From the NCBI GenBank assembly GCA_002952755.1, contig CP025011.1, forward strand, positions 1,350,001-1,382,000: a DNA stretch of 32,000 nt, written 5' to 3'. The position numbers and the translations under genes were made by a program. The notes under the pieces were generated by a model. That model did not search any database, was not told where the DNA came from, and worked only from the letters and a program-made list of their open reading frames with translations. The stretch comes from Candidatus Saccharimonadota bacterium (GTDB taxonomy: Bacteria; Patescibacteriota; Saccharimonadia; Saccharimonadales; UBA4665). This document shows, piece after piece, positions 16,443 through 25,902 of this stretch; position 1 is the first letter of the stretch, and each line of letters begins with the position of its first letter.

Positions 16443-17312
16443 CTAGACTCGCTGGCATCGCGGGCATATATGGGTTCCTCGGCCGGCTACGCGCATCTTA
16501 ATAATCGTTGTGCCGCATCGAGGGCACGGCCGGCCTTCGCGGCGAAATACGCGGGCAAATGTGAGGTAACTGCCACGTTTGCCCTCATGGTTCACATAGT
16601 TCCGATCAGTTGAACCACCTTTTTCTATGGATAGCTGTAGTACACTGCGCAGCGCTTCGTAAAGCGCCTTGAGCAGGGCTTCTGGTATATCGCACACTTT
16701 GACCTCGGGGTGGATTTTGGCGCCCCATAAGCTCTCGTCGGCATAAATATTACCGATCCCCGCCACCACGGTCTGATCGAGCAGCACCGCCTTAATGCCA
16801 CTTTTATTCCGCCGCCTAAGCCGCTTGATAAAATCATCGGCAGTGAAATCGCTCGCCAGCGGCTCCGGTCCTACCTTTTGAAAAAAATCGAGTTGCTCAA
16901 CAGCGGCAGCCGGCAATAAACGCATCCAGCCAAATTTACGCTGATCATTAAAAAAGAGCTTGCTGCCATCAAAAAATGTGAGTATAACTCGCGTTGACTT
17001 GTCGGGTAGGTTGCCAATCAAGCTGTCGTTTGGATGCCCTGCCCCAAAGTGAGCAATAGTGCTCCGAAACACCAATTGTCCGGTCATCTTGAGATGAATC
17101 ACCAATGAGTAATCAGTATCCAGGTCGATGATGAGCACCTTTGCCCGGCGGCGTACGCCGCTTACCCGCGCGCCAATCAAAAACTCAGCCACCTCGGCTG
17201 GCGCATTCGGAAAGCTTTTCGGCCAATCGTGCGTCACCGCTTTGATTTGTAGTCCGGGCAATAAGCTGCTCAAGCCAATCCGCACCGTCTCAACTTCTGG
17301 CAACTCTGGCAT
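16443..17312 (-). CDS. mutM: formamidopyrimidine-DNA glycosylase
   Basis: N-terminal MPELPEVE (catalytic Pro2/Glu3), an H2TH region, and a C-terminal zinc finger CPRCG...CPRCQ. Confidence 0.9.
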   Translation of the reverse strand: MPELPEVETVRIGLSSLLPGLQIKAVTHDWPKSFPNAPAEVAEFLIGARVSGVRRRAKVLIIDLDTDYSLVIHLKMTGQLVFRSTIAHFGAGHPNDSLIGNLPDKSTRVILTFFDGSKLFFNDQRKFGWMRLLPAAAVEQLDFFQKVGPEPLASDFTADDFIKRLRRRNKSGIKAVLLDQTVVAGIGNIYADESLWGAKIHPEVKVCDIPEALLKALYEALRSVLQLSIEKGGSTDRNYVNHEGKRGSYLTFARVFRREGRPCPRCGTTIIKMRVAGRGTHICPRCQRV

Positions 17313-17386
17313 GAGCCTACTGTACCAGCCTGGTATCTCCGATGCAAAACGACCCTATTTGACCTAGCATACCGTATAGTAGAGGT

Positions 17387-17626
17387 ATGGACAGCCTACA
17401 AGATCTCCTAAGTCAGCGGGCACCTAAGGAACCAGACGAGATTATTGCCATCAAACGCTATATCGATGAACAGTTTCGTGCACCGGCCAGCGTAGGCATT
17501 CGCGGTGACTCACTGGTCATTACCGTGGGCAGCGCTTCCCTAGCTAACGCCCTTCGTCTCCGCTTGCCAGCCCTGCGAATAGCCGCAAACACCCAGAAAC
17601 GCTTAGTATTTCGGATCGGCGGTTAG
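17387..17626 (+). CDS. DUF721 / DciA-like small protein
   Basis: 79 aa ending ...GDSLVITVGSASLANALRLRLPALR.....KRLVFRIGG, which matches the DUF721 pattern as I recall it. No search was run. Confidence 0.5.
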   Translation: MDSLQDLLSQRAPKEPDEIIAIKRYIDEQFRAPASVGIRGDSLVITVGSASLANALRLRLPALRIAANTQKRLVFRIGG

Positions 17627-17632
17627 CAAGTA

Positions 17633-18190
17633 CTACAAGCGGGAGCTAGATACAAACTGCGCGTAATCAGGAATCTGAGCCTTAAATAAGGCACGGATGT
17701 TTGCACTCAGCCCCTGAAAATTTCCCTGCCCACAGCTACTGCCCCAGAAGTGCTCTGGCGTAGTAGAGCCGCTAACAATTTCGTAGGTATAGCGATAGCC
17801 CGTAGGACAGTATCCACGATCATCAACTATGGTAGATTTTGTATTGCCCTTGGTGAAATTCAAAAGCTGAAGCGACTTAAGGAACGTCTCGTAGGCTTGT
17901 TGGTTATTCGCATAGGTTTGCTGCTTCACTACCGATCCTTGGTATCCCCGAATTTCCTCGATCATATTCTGATCACGGCCAATGGTAATGCGTACTACCC
18001 GGTGATTTTGATCGGCATTCACCGGACCCTCGGTGGTAAGACGCATAACGGTAGAGGTGTTGGCGTAGTCTGACAACACAATATGATTTTTAGAAATGCT
18101 ACCTTTGCCGCTATTCAGGCCACCAAGCACCAAAAAGAACACCACTATAACCAGGCCGACAACCGCTAAAAATCCCAAAAAGTATTTCAT
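17633..18190 (-). CDS. N-terminally membrane-anchored hypothetical protein
   Basis: The ATG at 18190 (MKYFLGFLAVVGLVIVVFFLVLGG) has GGAG 6 nt upstream. One N-terminal TM or signal anchor precedes a roughly 160-aa soluble domain with 2 Cys. A promoter-like TTGATC-17-TATATA lies upstream. Confidence 0.6.
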   Translation of the reverse strand: MKYFLGFLAVVGLVIVVFFLVLGGLNSGKGSISKNHIVLSDYANTSTVMRLTTEGPVNADQNHRVVRITIGRDQNMIEEIRGYQGSVVKQQTYANNQQAYETFLKSLQLLNFTKGNTKSTIVDDRGYCPTGYRYTYEIVSGSTTPEHFWGSSCGQGNFQGLSANIRALFKAQIPDYAQFVSSSRL

Positions 18191-18821
18191 GCTATTCTCC
18201 ACACCTCAATGTGTATATAAACAATACCACATTAACGATCAAAATACAATAGAAACTCGTAGCCCGACGCTTTTATAGTAACGCAGGGGACAAATAGGGC
18301 CGACAAATGTATCACATATATGTGCTATTGTATGGCTAGTAATGGCGCGACAACATATGGAAGATATCCCTCCGGCAGAACGGTTAACTCTCGGTGAGCG
18401 GTTCAAAAGGTCAGCCCACTACGCTTTGGAAGTACTAGTTGGCTGTGACAGCGCACCTGGTAGTATTCGGGACCAAAGGTTGGCAACACAGCACCTTGAG
18501 TACGAAATGCAGCAAGGACCACCACCGACTACCGAGCCAGGTGAATAAATAAACGCATCGGGCATTAGGAACAATCAGCGCGTCTCTAATGCGGCCGAAG
18601 CGCTCGTAACAGATATACAGCAATCTGGCGTTACACACCTGACCGCATTTTTGGCAGGCTGCGTAATTATCGACCTTACTACAAGATAGACGCCGGTTGA
18701 TATTGGGGGATCGAACTTGAAGCAATACCGATGAGCGACAGTAAGTCGCCTAAGCGCGAAACCACCTGCCTTGCGCCTTTGGCTGTGAATGTTTGACTGT
18801 CTACGAAACCGCTCGTAACTC

Positions 18822-19365
18822 CTATAAAATCAAACCGGCTGCTTTGGCTGCCAACAGATCACTGAGCGCATCACCGACGTACACAATGCCATCAGTAACG
18901 CCCCGCTCTTTGAGTATCGCGAGCGCGGGTTCGAAGACTTGAGGGTCTGGCTTGTGCGCGGTTGTTTTGTCGGAGCCTTGCACGGTAAAAAACCGTTGCC
19001 AAGGGAATCCCTGCTCGCTCAGATCTTTCGTGGCGATATCTGTCGTCATGGAAGTTACGACACCGACGGGCAAGTCAGCCTCCAGCAGAACCTCTATCGT
19101 GGCGACTGCCTGGTCGTGCACTTTCTTTGGGAACTCGTCCTCGTGGCGCAAGAAATTGCTCACCAGTTTCTCTGATTCATCACGGTGATCATATAAATTG
19201 CTAACCATGAGGTGGTGAGGCTCACCCCAGTGCTTGCCTAATTTTTCATCGGTCAGCTCAATATCGTAGTACTTTTTTGCAACCATTTTATGCTAAAGCC
19301 CATTTTACCTGCCAGGTTTGGATCAGCGTGTCGTCAAGATCGAATAATACGGCTTTGTATTTCAT
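18822..19365 (-). pseudogene. HAD-superfamily hydrolase interrupted by a stop plus 1-nt frame change
   Basis: A 25-codon ORF (19365-19291; stop 19290-19288) encodes MKYKAVLFDLDDTLIQTWQVKWALA with HAD motif I. The 154-aa ORF (19286-18822), in another frame, carries the C-terminal motif (VGDALSDLLAAKAAG). The junction reads GCA TAA A ATG. Confidence 0.6.
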
Positions 19366-19378
19366 CGGAAACGTCTAG

Positions 19379-19735
19379 TTATTCCTGCGCTATATCGATA
19401 ATGCCAAAAACGTTGCCACTTGGGTCTTTAAAAGTGCCCATCATCATACCGCCACCAACGTCCCTGATTTCAGTGTTGGTTGTCGCGCCATTGGCTATAA
19501 GCTGTTTGGCGGCTTCGTTAACATCCTTCACATGCCAATAAGAAACCGGATAGTCGAGCCCTTCTTTGGTGGCATTGGGGTCTAGGCCTAATTCCTGATC
19601 TCCAACCTTAAACCCGACATAGTACGGCTGCGCAAAATAGGCCTTTACTCCCGTAGCCGCCTCCCAAAAAGTGGTGTCGGCTTCAAGGTTGGCTGACGGA
19701 AAAATAACCGATTTTAACCCTAAAAACATGTACAT
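19379..19735 (-). CDS. VOC (glyoxalase/bleomycin-resistance/dioxygenase) family protein
   Basis: 118 aa, with the size and beta-alpha-beta-beta-beta-like pattern ending G.F.DP.GN.FG of small VOC proteins. Confidence 0.65.
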   Translation of the reverse strand: MYMFLGLKSVIFPSANLEADTTFWEAATGVKAYFAQPYYVGFKVGDQELGLDPNATKEGLDYPVSYWHVKDVNEAAKQLIANGATTNTEIRDVGGGMMMGTFKDPSGNVFGIIDIAQE

Positions 19736-19767
19736 CTCCTTGCTTATACCAGACAGTATACCCGACT

Positions 19768-20343
19768 TTAAGCCGCCACCTGCAGCGCATCAAAAAGCTT
19801 AGGGTAGTACACACCTTCGCGCGGGAAGTATAACTTGGCTGTTTCGGTGCCACCAATTTCGGCCATAACCTCAACAATGGGCTTCCAGGCAAGTTGGGCG
19901 ATTTTTTGCCCGTTTACGGTCATGCGCCGCACGTCGACGTCCTGTTCGAGCAAAAATACATGGCCAAGCACCCGGTGCTTACGACCATCGGGCAGCGGGT
20001 TGGCTGCTTGGATGTTAAATAAATGCTTGATACTTTCGGGTAAAATGTCGATGCCGAGTTCGGAATGCAAACAGCGAACTGCGGCTGCTAAAGGATCTTC
20101 GCCAGGATGCACATGCGTGCCAACGGCAACGTCCCACACATTTGGACATAACTCCACACCAGGAGCGCGGAGCTGCAACAGAACATCGCCATTGCCGTTA
20201 ACGATCCACACATTCACTACCTCGTGCCAAAATTGCTGAGCATGTACTCTGTCGCGGGGTAAGATTTTCCCTGTCTTATGCCCTTGTTCGTCCAAAACCT
20301 CAGACTGTTCGATGCCCACCACAACCATGCTTCTATAGTACAT
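19768..20343 (-). CDS. Nudix-family hydrolase (start uncertain: 20343 or 20328)
   Basis: Nudix-box-like GTHVHPGEDPLAAAVRCLHSELGI (G.5E.7R..L.SELG). The longest ORF start, 20391, would overlap the divergent SIMPL gene and its promoter. Confidence 0.65.
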   Translation of the reverse strand: MYYRSMVVVGIEQSEVLDEQGHKTGKILPRDRVHAQQFWHEVVNVWIVNGNGDVLLQLRAPGVELCPNVWDVAVGTHVHPGEDPLAAAVRCLHSELGIDILPESIKHLFNIQAANPLPDGRKHRVLGHVFLLEQDVDVRRMTVNGQKIAQLAWKPIVEVMAEIGGTETAKLYFPREGVYYPKLFDALQVAA

Positions 20344-20382
20344 GACACCCGTGAATGTATTACTATAAAAAGAGGGGGAAAT

Positions 20383-21144
20383 ATGAATCAATCAGAACTG
20401 GTAGCAAAAGAGCCCAAGCAGACAGGCATACACTTGGACTTTAGAGTTATTATTGCCTCTTTACTTTTGGTTATCCTTGCCATGCTTCTGATATGGAAAC
20501 CGTGGAGCACGGTAACCAATAAAGACCGTACCATTCAGGTAACAGGCGAAGCGACTATTAAGGCAGCGCCAGACGAATTTATCTTTATGCCTACCTATAA
20601 TTTTCCAAATAGTGATAAAAGCGCAGCACTCACCGCTCTTACCGCTAAGAATAATGAGCTCATTGCAAAACTAAAGGGCCTGGGCGTAACCGATACACAA
20701 ATCAAAACCAACGCCGACAGCTGGTCATATCCGATCTTTACCAGCAGCACCGATGCCACGCCGACGTACACCCTGCGTGTAACTCTCACCATAGACAAAA
20801 AGGACCTGGCCCAAAAGGTGCAAGACTACCTTGTAACCACTTCTCCAACCGGAGAGATTACTCCGCAAGCCGAATTTAGTGATAGTATGCGCAAAAAACT
20901 CGGCGACCGAGCACGCGACGTTGCCAGCAAAGACGCCCGGGCCAAAGCCGACCAGTCTGCCAAAGATTTGGGCTTTAAGGTATCTTCTGTGAAAATGGTA
21001 CAAGATGGCGGTGGTTTTGGCGGTAGCATCTATCCACTCGACGCCAAGAGTGTAGCCAACAGCGCCGACAATTCCTCCCTACGCGTCCAGCCCGGCGAAA
21101 ACGACCTCAACTATACCGTTACCGTTACGTATTACATAAAATAA
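20383..21144 (+). CDS. SIMPL / DUF541-like membrane-anchored protein
   Basis: The ATG at 20383 is preceded by AGAGGGGG. An N-terminal TM (VIIASLLLVILAMLLIW) is followed by TIQVTGEATIKAAPDEF, typical of the start of a SIMPL domain. Confidence 0.65.
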   Translation: MNQSELVAKEPKQTGIHLDFRVIIASLLLVILAMLLIWKPWSTVTNKDRTIQVTGEATIKAAPDEFIFMPTYNFPNSDKSAALTALTAKNNELIAKLKGLGVTDTQIKTNADSWSYPIFTSSTDATPTYTLRVTLTIDKKDLAQKVQDYLVTTSPTGEITPQAEFSDSMRKKLGDRARDVASKDARAKADQSAKDLGFKVSSVKMVQDGGGFGGSIYPLDAKSVANSADNSSLRVQPGENDLNYTVTVTYYIK

Positions 21145-21192
21145 CTATGGATACCATATCGGGCCGGGTATAACAAAAGAACAGGCGGGGTG

Positions 21193-23721
21193 CTACAAAT
21201 CACCCCAGTTTTCACCCACCTTCACGTCGGCAACGAGTTTGACCCCGATTGGATAGATAGACTCCATGGTCTCCTTGAGGATCTTGCCTACTTTTTCAGC
21301 GTTTTCCCTGGGTGTTTCAACCAAGATACTGTCGTGAATCTGCAAGATCTGTTCGCCTAACCCGTCAATTGCCTGCTCCACTTTGAGCATGGCTAGCTTC
21401 ATAAGGTCTGCTTCGGTACCTTGAATAGGCATGTTCATGGCTGCCCGCTTGGCTGCTTCGCGAACAACCCAATTGCTGCTTTTGACATCGGGCGTAGGAC
21501 GGCGGCGGCCAAAGATAGTTTCGACATAACCTTCGCTGAGCGCTTTATTGAGTGTTTTTTGAATATAGTCGCGGATGGGTTTACGCACTTCAAAATACTT
21601 ATCGATAAACTGCTTGGCTTCCACAAAAGTCATGCCCGTGGCAGCACTCAAACCATGAGGGCTCATGCCGTATAGAACGGCAAAATTAACCGTTTTGGCC
21701 TGCCGGCGCATATTTTTATCCACTTCGCTAATGGGCACCCCATAAATCTGGGCGGCGGTTGCCACATGAATGTCAACGTCCTGGTTAAATTGCTCGATCA
21801 TGTTCTGGTCGCCGGACATGTACGCTGCTAGGCGCAGCTCGAACTGTGAATAGTCTGCGCTCACAAAGACATTGCCTTTGGCTGGCAAAAAAGCGCTGCG
21901 AATGGATTGACCCAATTCTGTCCGCGTCGGAATATTTTGCAGGTTGGGGTCGTGCGAGCTGAGCCGGCCGGAAGATGCCACATCGAGCGCATAGGTGGTG
22001 TGTAATCTGCCGTGGGCATCGACGAGTTTCGGCAAGGCGTCAATGTAAGTACTTTTGAGTTTGGTATATTCACGGTACTGAGTAATAAGATTTATGATCG
22101 GATGTAGCTCGCGCAGCTTATCTAGTTCGTTGGAGCCGGTTGAGTACCCGGTCTTGCCTTTCTTCACGCCAGCTGTAGGCAAACCAAGTTTTTCGTATAA
22201 GATCATGCCGAGCTGAGCTGGAGAGCCTATGTTAAATTCCTGTCCAGCGGAAGCATAAATCTGCTTTTCAAGATCGGCAATGTGGTGTGCAAAGTCCTGG
22301 CTCATCTTAGCGAGATAGGCGGAATCGAGCAAAATACCGCGGTGCTCAATCTTCGCCAGGAGGTAGATAGTCGGAAAATCAATCTCGTGAGCAACCTTAT
22401 ACAGCGACGGCGCGCGGCCAAATTCCTTTTGCTGGTCATCGTAGGCTTGCCAAATGGCTGCGATAGTCCTTGGAGCGTCGTCTGAGGCGATTGTCTGGCC
22501 TACAAGATCAGAAAGATCGATGGAGCGCTGCAAGGAATTGAGAATGAACGAGCCAACGCGCGTATCGTGTGCAACTTCTCCGCTTGTTGGCATACCTGCA
22601 GCTAGCAGAGCGCGGAACACATCTTTAAGGTTGTGGCCAATGAGTGGACCAGCTAACGCTTGCTTGGCATCCCGTAAAGCTATTGCGCTGTACTCTCCAG
22701 GATGGGCGCTAACCCATAGCTGCGACGCATCCGGACTAAGCGCGACGACGCGCGGGCAGTGATCGATAAAATGCTGATTTGCAAGACTTATTTCTTTAGC
22801 TGGTTGTAGCGTAGTGCCTACCTCAGCTGCCGCTTTCCCGTCTAGATCAGGTAGTTGCGCCTCAACCTGGCGGAGGATATTACGAAATTCCAGTTTACGG
22901 AGCATAGCGACGAACTCAGGGGCGACGCCATCGTGCAATCTGGTGCCAGCGAGGTCCAGCTGGAGTGGTGCATCGGTATAGAGTGTCACTAGCTCTTTAC
23001 TCAGATACGCCATGGCTTTATCTTTTTCGAGCTTGGCCTTAACTGCTGGCTTCAGCAACTCGATATTTTCGTATACGCCATCCAGCGTGTGATATTTGGC
23101 GATGAGTTCGAGCGCTGTCTTTTCGCCAATCCCTGCGACGCCTGGGATATTGTCGGACGCATCCCCCTTCAACGCCTTCACATCCACCCATTGATGCGCA
23201 CTCACCCCATATTTCTCTTCAAAATGGGCAACGTCGAATAGTTCTATGTTGCTCAAGCCCTTCTTAAGCGTATAAATGTGCGTGTGTGAGTTGACCAGTT
23301 GCAGTACATCGAGATCGGACGTCACTAGGTAGGTTTCGATGTTTTGCTCCTTAGCCTGGACGGCGAGGGTGGCCATAATATCGTCGGCTTCGTAGTCGTC
23401 CAACTCATACAGCGGCCAATCGAGCGACTTGAGCAGCTCCAACAGTATCTCTACCTGGTCGTAAAAATCCTCTGGCGCCGCCTTGCGCCCAGCTTTGTAG
23501 TCGGGATACAGTTCCAAACGTTTACGGATATTGGTGTGGCGCTTATCCCATGCTACACAAACATAATTCGGTTTTAACCGCTTAATAACCTCAAGCGCCA
23601 TAATTGCAAAACCGTAGACGCCCCCGGTAGGCCGACCATCCTTGGTGCTCAAATTAGGCATGGCATAATAGCCACGATAAAACACGCTCTTGCCATCGAT
23701 AACTACTAGTCGCTCGCTCAT
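21193..23721 (-). CDS. polA: DNA polymerase I
   Basis: 842 aa with a 5'-nuclease domain (GYKAGR, GDASDNIPGVAGIGEKTA) and pol domain motifs A (SADYSQFELR), B (RRQAKTVNFAVLYG) and C (QIHDSILVE). The middle domain lacks an obvious DxE ExoI motif. Confidence 0.95.
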   Translation of the reverse strand: MSERLVVIDGKSVFYRGYYAMPNLSTKDGRPTGGVYGFAIMALEVIKRLKPNYVCVAWDKRHTNIRKRLELYPDYKAGRKAAPEDFYDQVEILLELLKSLDWPLYELDDYEADDIMATLAVQAKEQNIETYLVTSDLDVLQLVNSHTHIYTLKKGLSNIELFDVAHFEEKYGVSAHQWVDVKALKGDASDNIPGVAGIGEKTALELIAKYHTLDGVYENIELLKPAVKAKLEKDKAMAYLSKELVTLYTDAPLQLDLAGTRLHDGVAPEFVAMLRKLEFRNILRQVEAQLPDLDGKAAAEVGTTLQPAKEISLANQHFIDHCPRVVALSPDASQLWVSAHPGEYSAIALRDAKQALAGPLIGHNLKDVFRALLAAGMPTSGEVAHDTRVGSFILNSLQRSIDLSDLVGQTIASDDAPRTIAAIWQAYDDQQKEFGRAPSLYKVAHEIDFPTIYLLAKIEHRGILLDSAYLAKMSQDFAHHIADLEKQIYASAGQEFNIGSPAQLGMILYEKLGLPTAGVKKGKTGYSTGSNELDKLRELHPIINLITQYREYTKLKSTYIDALPKLVDAHGRLHTTYALDVASSGRLSSHDPNLQNIPTRTELGQSIRSAFLPAKGNVFVSADYSQFELRLAAYMSGDQNMIEQFNQDVDIHVATAAQIYGVPISEVDKNMRRQAKTVNFAVLYGMSPHGLSAATGMTFVEAKQFIDKYFEVRKPIRDYIQKTLNKALSEGYVETIFGRRRPTPDVKSSNWVVREAAKRAAMNMPIQGTEADLMKLAMLKVEQAIDGLGEQILQIHDSILVETPRENAEKVGKILKETMESIYPIGVKLVADVKVGENWGDL

Positions 23722-23742
23722 AGCATTAGTATACCTGAACGG

Positions 23743-25806
23743 CTAGGTGAAGAACTCCCGAAGATGATCCAGCTCAGGTAACCCCCTCAGCTTCGCAAGC
23801 ACCTTGGTCTCGATTTGGCGGATACGTTCACGGGTAACGCCGAATAAGGGAGCAATCGAGTCGAGCGTATGAGGCTCCCCATCAAGTCCGTACCGCAGGC
23901 GCAAGATTCGCTGCTCCCGCTCGCCCAATGTAGCCAGAACCTCTTCGAGACCTGCAGCGAGGAGTGATGGGTCGATTGCTTCTTGGGGCGAAGGGGTATC
24001 CTCATCTACAATCTGGTCACCCAAGAGCCGAGTATCACCGGATTCATCTTCATAAGCAAAATCCAACGACAGGGGGTCTCTTTGTAGATAGCCGAGTATC
24101 TCTACTACTTTGTCTATGTCTAAACCGCTATCTGCGGCAATTTCTTCGGGTGTCGCTTCCTCATGATTTTCTTGGTAAAGTCTCTTTTTTACACGTTCGA
24201 CTTTGTTCATTACTTCGACGACATGGGCGGGGTGACGAATAGTCCGCGCTTGATCAGCAAGTGCACGAGTCATAGCCTGGCGCAACCACCATGTAGCATA
24301 GGTCGAGAATTTATAACCTTTTGTATAGTCAAATTTTTCTACCGCGCGAATTAAACCCAGATTACCTTCCTGGATTAGGTCCGAATAGAGCATGCCCTGA
24401 CCAATATAACGTTTAGCTACAGATGCTACCAGACGAAGGTTAGCTTCAATCAGATGTCTTTTAGCGTTATGGCCCTGCAGCGCAATAATTTCTAGCTCAC
24501 GGCGAAATGCGGGTTTTAGTTCCTCGCCCGAATCAAGTTTTTCTTGAGCAAATAAGCCAGCCTCAATTCGTTTGGCGAGTTTTACCTCACCCTCAGCAGT
24601 AAGAAGATCTATTTTGCCTGTCTCACGCATATATAATTTTACAAGATCGTCGGGAATAGCGCCTGGCTCTTTATGAGTCTTAGGCTTAGGTTGATCCTCT
24701 TCGTCCATTAGATCGCTAGGTATGAGTTCGAGTTCGTCAATCAATACCTCATCGCTCGATGCCATTCCCGTCAATGGAGCGCCGCTGCCTTTCTCTGTTG
24801 TAGATGCAAGGTTAACATCGTCCGCCTCAACATCCTCTGCCAAAGGTTCGGACGCTAATCTATTGGGTAAGGCGAGCGAACCAGCTGCTGGGGCGGCCGC
24901 TACTACTCGCGTGCGAGCAAGCGGTCTTTTATTCCAGCTAACCGCTAATTTTGGCTCAAGAATGGTATCGGCGCAAAATTTCTCCAGATGAGCAGACAAT
25001 AAGGCAATCAATTGATCGGCCTTACCTGGTCGTGCGTCAACAATCTGCGCAAAGGACTGCGGGAGGGCATCGCCTAAACCAAGGAGATTCTTCATGAGCA
25101 CATACCTAGGATCATTGGGCGGCAAGCCAATATGTTCTGCCCATTGGTTATATGCACTGGGTATTCGGCGTATCTTATCTGCCGACATATCTGTTTCGAG
25201 TGCCATAGGAGGTGCCGACAAACTAGGCGAAAAATGGTGCAAAAGGGCTTGAGCCTCGCTGTGTCTACGGCGACTGGCAGCCGGCCCTTTATCGTTTTTT
25301 CTCAAACTTGAGGCATCTGCCAATAAGTAGGCTGCCCTGTGTATAGGGTGCTGGTTATCATAGCCGCGATCGCTGAGCAATTGCTCTGCTGAGGCGTGCA
25401 TCAAACTATTGAGTGTAGCGAGATCAGGTGCACCTTTTTCAGCCGCGTGGTGAATAGCACTGCCCACACCCCTCGCCTGATGTTCTATATCACCTAGGGT
25501 CACTTGGAAACCTTGGGCGTCTGTAACAGTAATGATATGACGGGGCGTCTGACTATGTGCCAAGCCAGACAAGATTAATCTTTCACCTCTACCTAACGAT
25601 TGCCCGGCTACTAGATAGTTTGCGTGGTATAAATTCAGGCCAGCAGCAAACGTATCAACGAATAGTTTGGGAGGATACTCGGAGCTGCTATTTAGAACTT
25701 CGGGGACCAACAGGGGCGAGTGCTCGCCAAGCGCGTCAACCAATATATCGCCAATATCAAAGGGAACATCCAACAGAGCCTCTGTGGGCGAGCGAGCTTC
25801 AGCCAT
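23743..25806 (-). CDS. sigma-70 family (RpoD/SigA-like) factor with a roughly 385-aa uncharacterised N-terminal extension
   Basis: The C-terminal 300 aa or so contain regions 1.2-4.2 ([56 protein letters not shown]). The N-terminal part has no motif I recognise. Confidence 0.85.
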   Translation of the reverse strand: MAEARSPTEALLDVPFDIGDILVDALGEHSPLLVPEVLNSSSEYPPKLFVDTFAAGLNLYHANYLVAGQSLGRGERLILSGLAHSQTPRHIITVTDAQGFQVTLGDIEHQARGVGSAIHHAAEKGAPDLATLNSLMHASAEQLLSDRGYDNQHPIHRAAYLLADASSLRKNDKGPAASRRRHSEAQALLHHFSPSLSAPPMALETDMSADKIRRIPSAYNQWAEHIGLPPNDPRYVLMKNLLGLGDALPQSFAQIVDARPGKADQLIALLSAHLEKFCADTILEPKLAVSWNKRPLARTRVVAAAPAAGSLALPNRLASEPLAEDVEADDVNLASTTEKGSGAPLTGMASSDEVLIDELELIPSDLMDEEDQPKPKTHKEPGAIPDDLVKLYMRETGKIDLLTAEGEVKLAKRIEAGLFAQEKLDSGEELKPAFRRELEIIALQGHNAKRHLIEANLRLVASVAKRYIGQGMLYSDLIQEGNLGLIRAVEKFDYTKGYKFSTYATWWLRQAMTRALADQARTIRHPAHVVEVMNKVERVKKRLYQENHEEATPEEIAADSGLDIDKVVEILGYLQRDPLSLDFAYEDESGDTRLLGDQIVDEDTPSPQEAIDPSLLAAGLEEVLATLGEREQRILRLRYGLDGEPHTLDSIAPLFGVTRERIRQIETKVLAKLRGLPELDHLREFFT

Positions 25807-25902
25807 GCCATACTACCCTAATACTGATCGCCGATTTTGTAAACACGTTGGCGAGCATACTGCCGTCATTTAAGTTGACGATATTACTAAACTACCTAAA
25901 TG

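Noticed and set aside
18360-18400. GCAGAACGGTTAAC resembling the RNase P RNA P4 3' strand (ACAGAAnnCGGCTTA)
   Set aside because: An RNase P RNA ending here would have to start inside the 17633-18190 CDS. I found no GAGGAAAGTCC-type P4 5' strand on either strand.
18342-18725. 68-aa plus-strand and 96-aa minus-strand ORFs in the long intergenic gap
   Set aside because: They overlap each other, have no RBS, and show atypical composition (Cys/Trp/Arg-rich on the minus strand). They are kept only as part of the unexplained-gap finding.
18690-18770. tRNA- or tmRNA-like T-loop sequence GTTCGATCC (minus strand, about 18706-18714) plus an anticodon-like hairpin GGCGA-CTTACTG-TCGCT
   Set aside because: The bases 5' of the TTCGATC loop (TCAAG) cannot pair with the CCCCC that follows. 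No acceptor stem can be built, and position 37 would be a pyrimidine. A tmRNA would have to extend into the HAD coding region.
21193-23721. Possible loss of 3'-5' exonuclease activity in Pol I as a novelty
   Set aside because: Exo-deficient Pol I enzymes are common (for example Taq-like enzymes), and I cannot score the Exo motifs reliably by eye.
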